Of a stretch of 64,000 nt of DNA, positions 63,883 to 64,000 are shown piece by piece. The stretch is from Octopus vulgaris. Taxonomy: Eukaryota. The stretch's first letter is position 1. Every line of letters begins with the position of its first letter. The notes beneath the pieces are model-generated. The model was not told the origin of the DNA and ran no database searches. It worked only from the letters and a program-made list of their open reading frames with translations. The stretch lies in NCBI GenBank assembly GCA_951406725.2, contig OX597815.1, forward strand, positions 36,270,001-36,334,000, given 5' to 3'. Both the position numbers and the translations under genes were made by a program.

Positions 63883-64000
63883 ATCCAACACATACAATCC
63901 ACTTGAAACAGGACATACTGAACAATCCAGTCCAAATTAAGTAACACATGAGAAAAGGATAAAATGGCCATAATTAAAAGCTGTTTGGTTGATCGCAGAT

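Overview
AT-rich, microsatellite-rich animal genomic DNA with no host protein-coding exon that I can support; it reads as intronic or intergenic. The SINE, LINE and microsatellite mix looks like a coleoid cephalopod, probably Octopus (inference from recognising repeat families, not a database result). Almost all signal is transposon-derived. Non-LTR retrotransposons: RTE fragments, including one old near-full-length copy and many 3'-tail copies carrying a variable array of ~60-nt hairpin units; two CR1 3' ends; old Jockey/L2-type RT fragments; an R4/Dong element inside (AAT)n; and a decayed Penelope-like element with RT and GIY-YIG domains. Other mobile DNA: tRNA-headed SINEs (CORE-like, Meta-like, V-like), piggyBac-type and GG-terminated MITEs, a non-autonomous Helitron and an internally deleted mariner. 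The most interesting signals are RNA structures. There is a type I hammerhead ribozyme with a complete catalytic core at 58341-58391, a young minimal hammerhead with a variant core at 4714-4760 (minus strand), and several decayed hammerheads. The two best hammerheads sit in ~190-bp pLTR/retrozyme-like units within (TA)n. RTE 3' UTRs also appear to have captured and tandemly amplified a structured module that may derive from an RTE 5'-UTR twister ribozyme. Most entries in the ORF track are spurious microsatellite or SINE translations.
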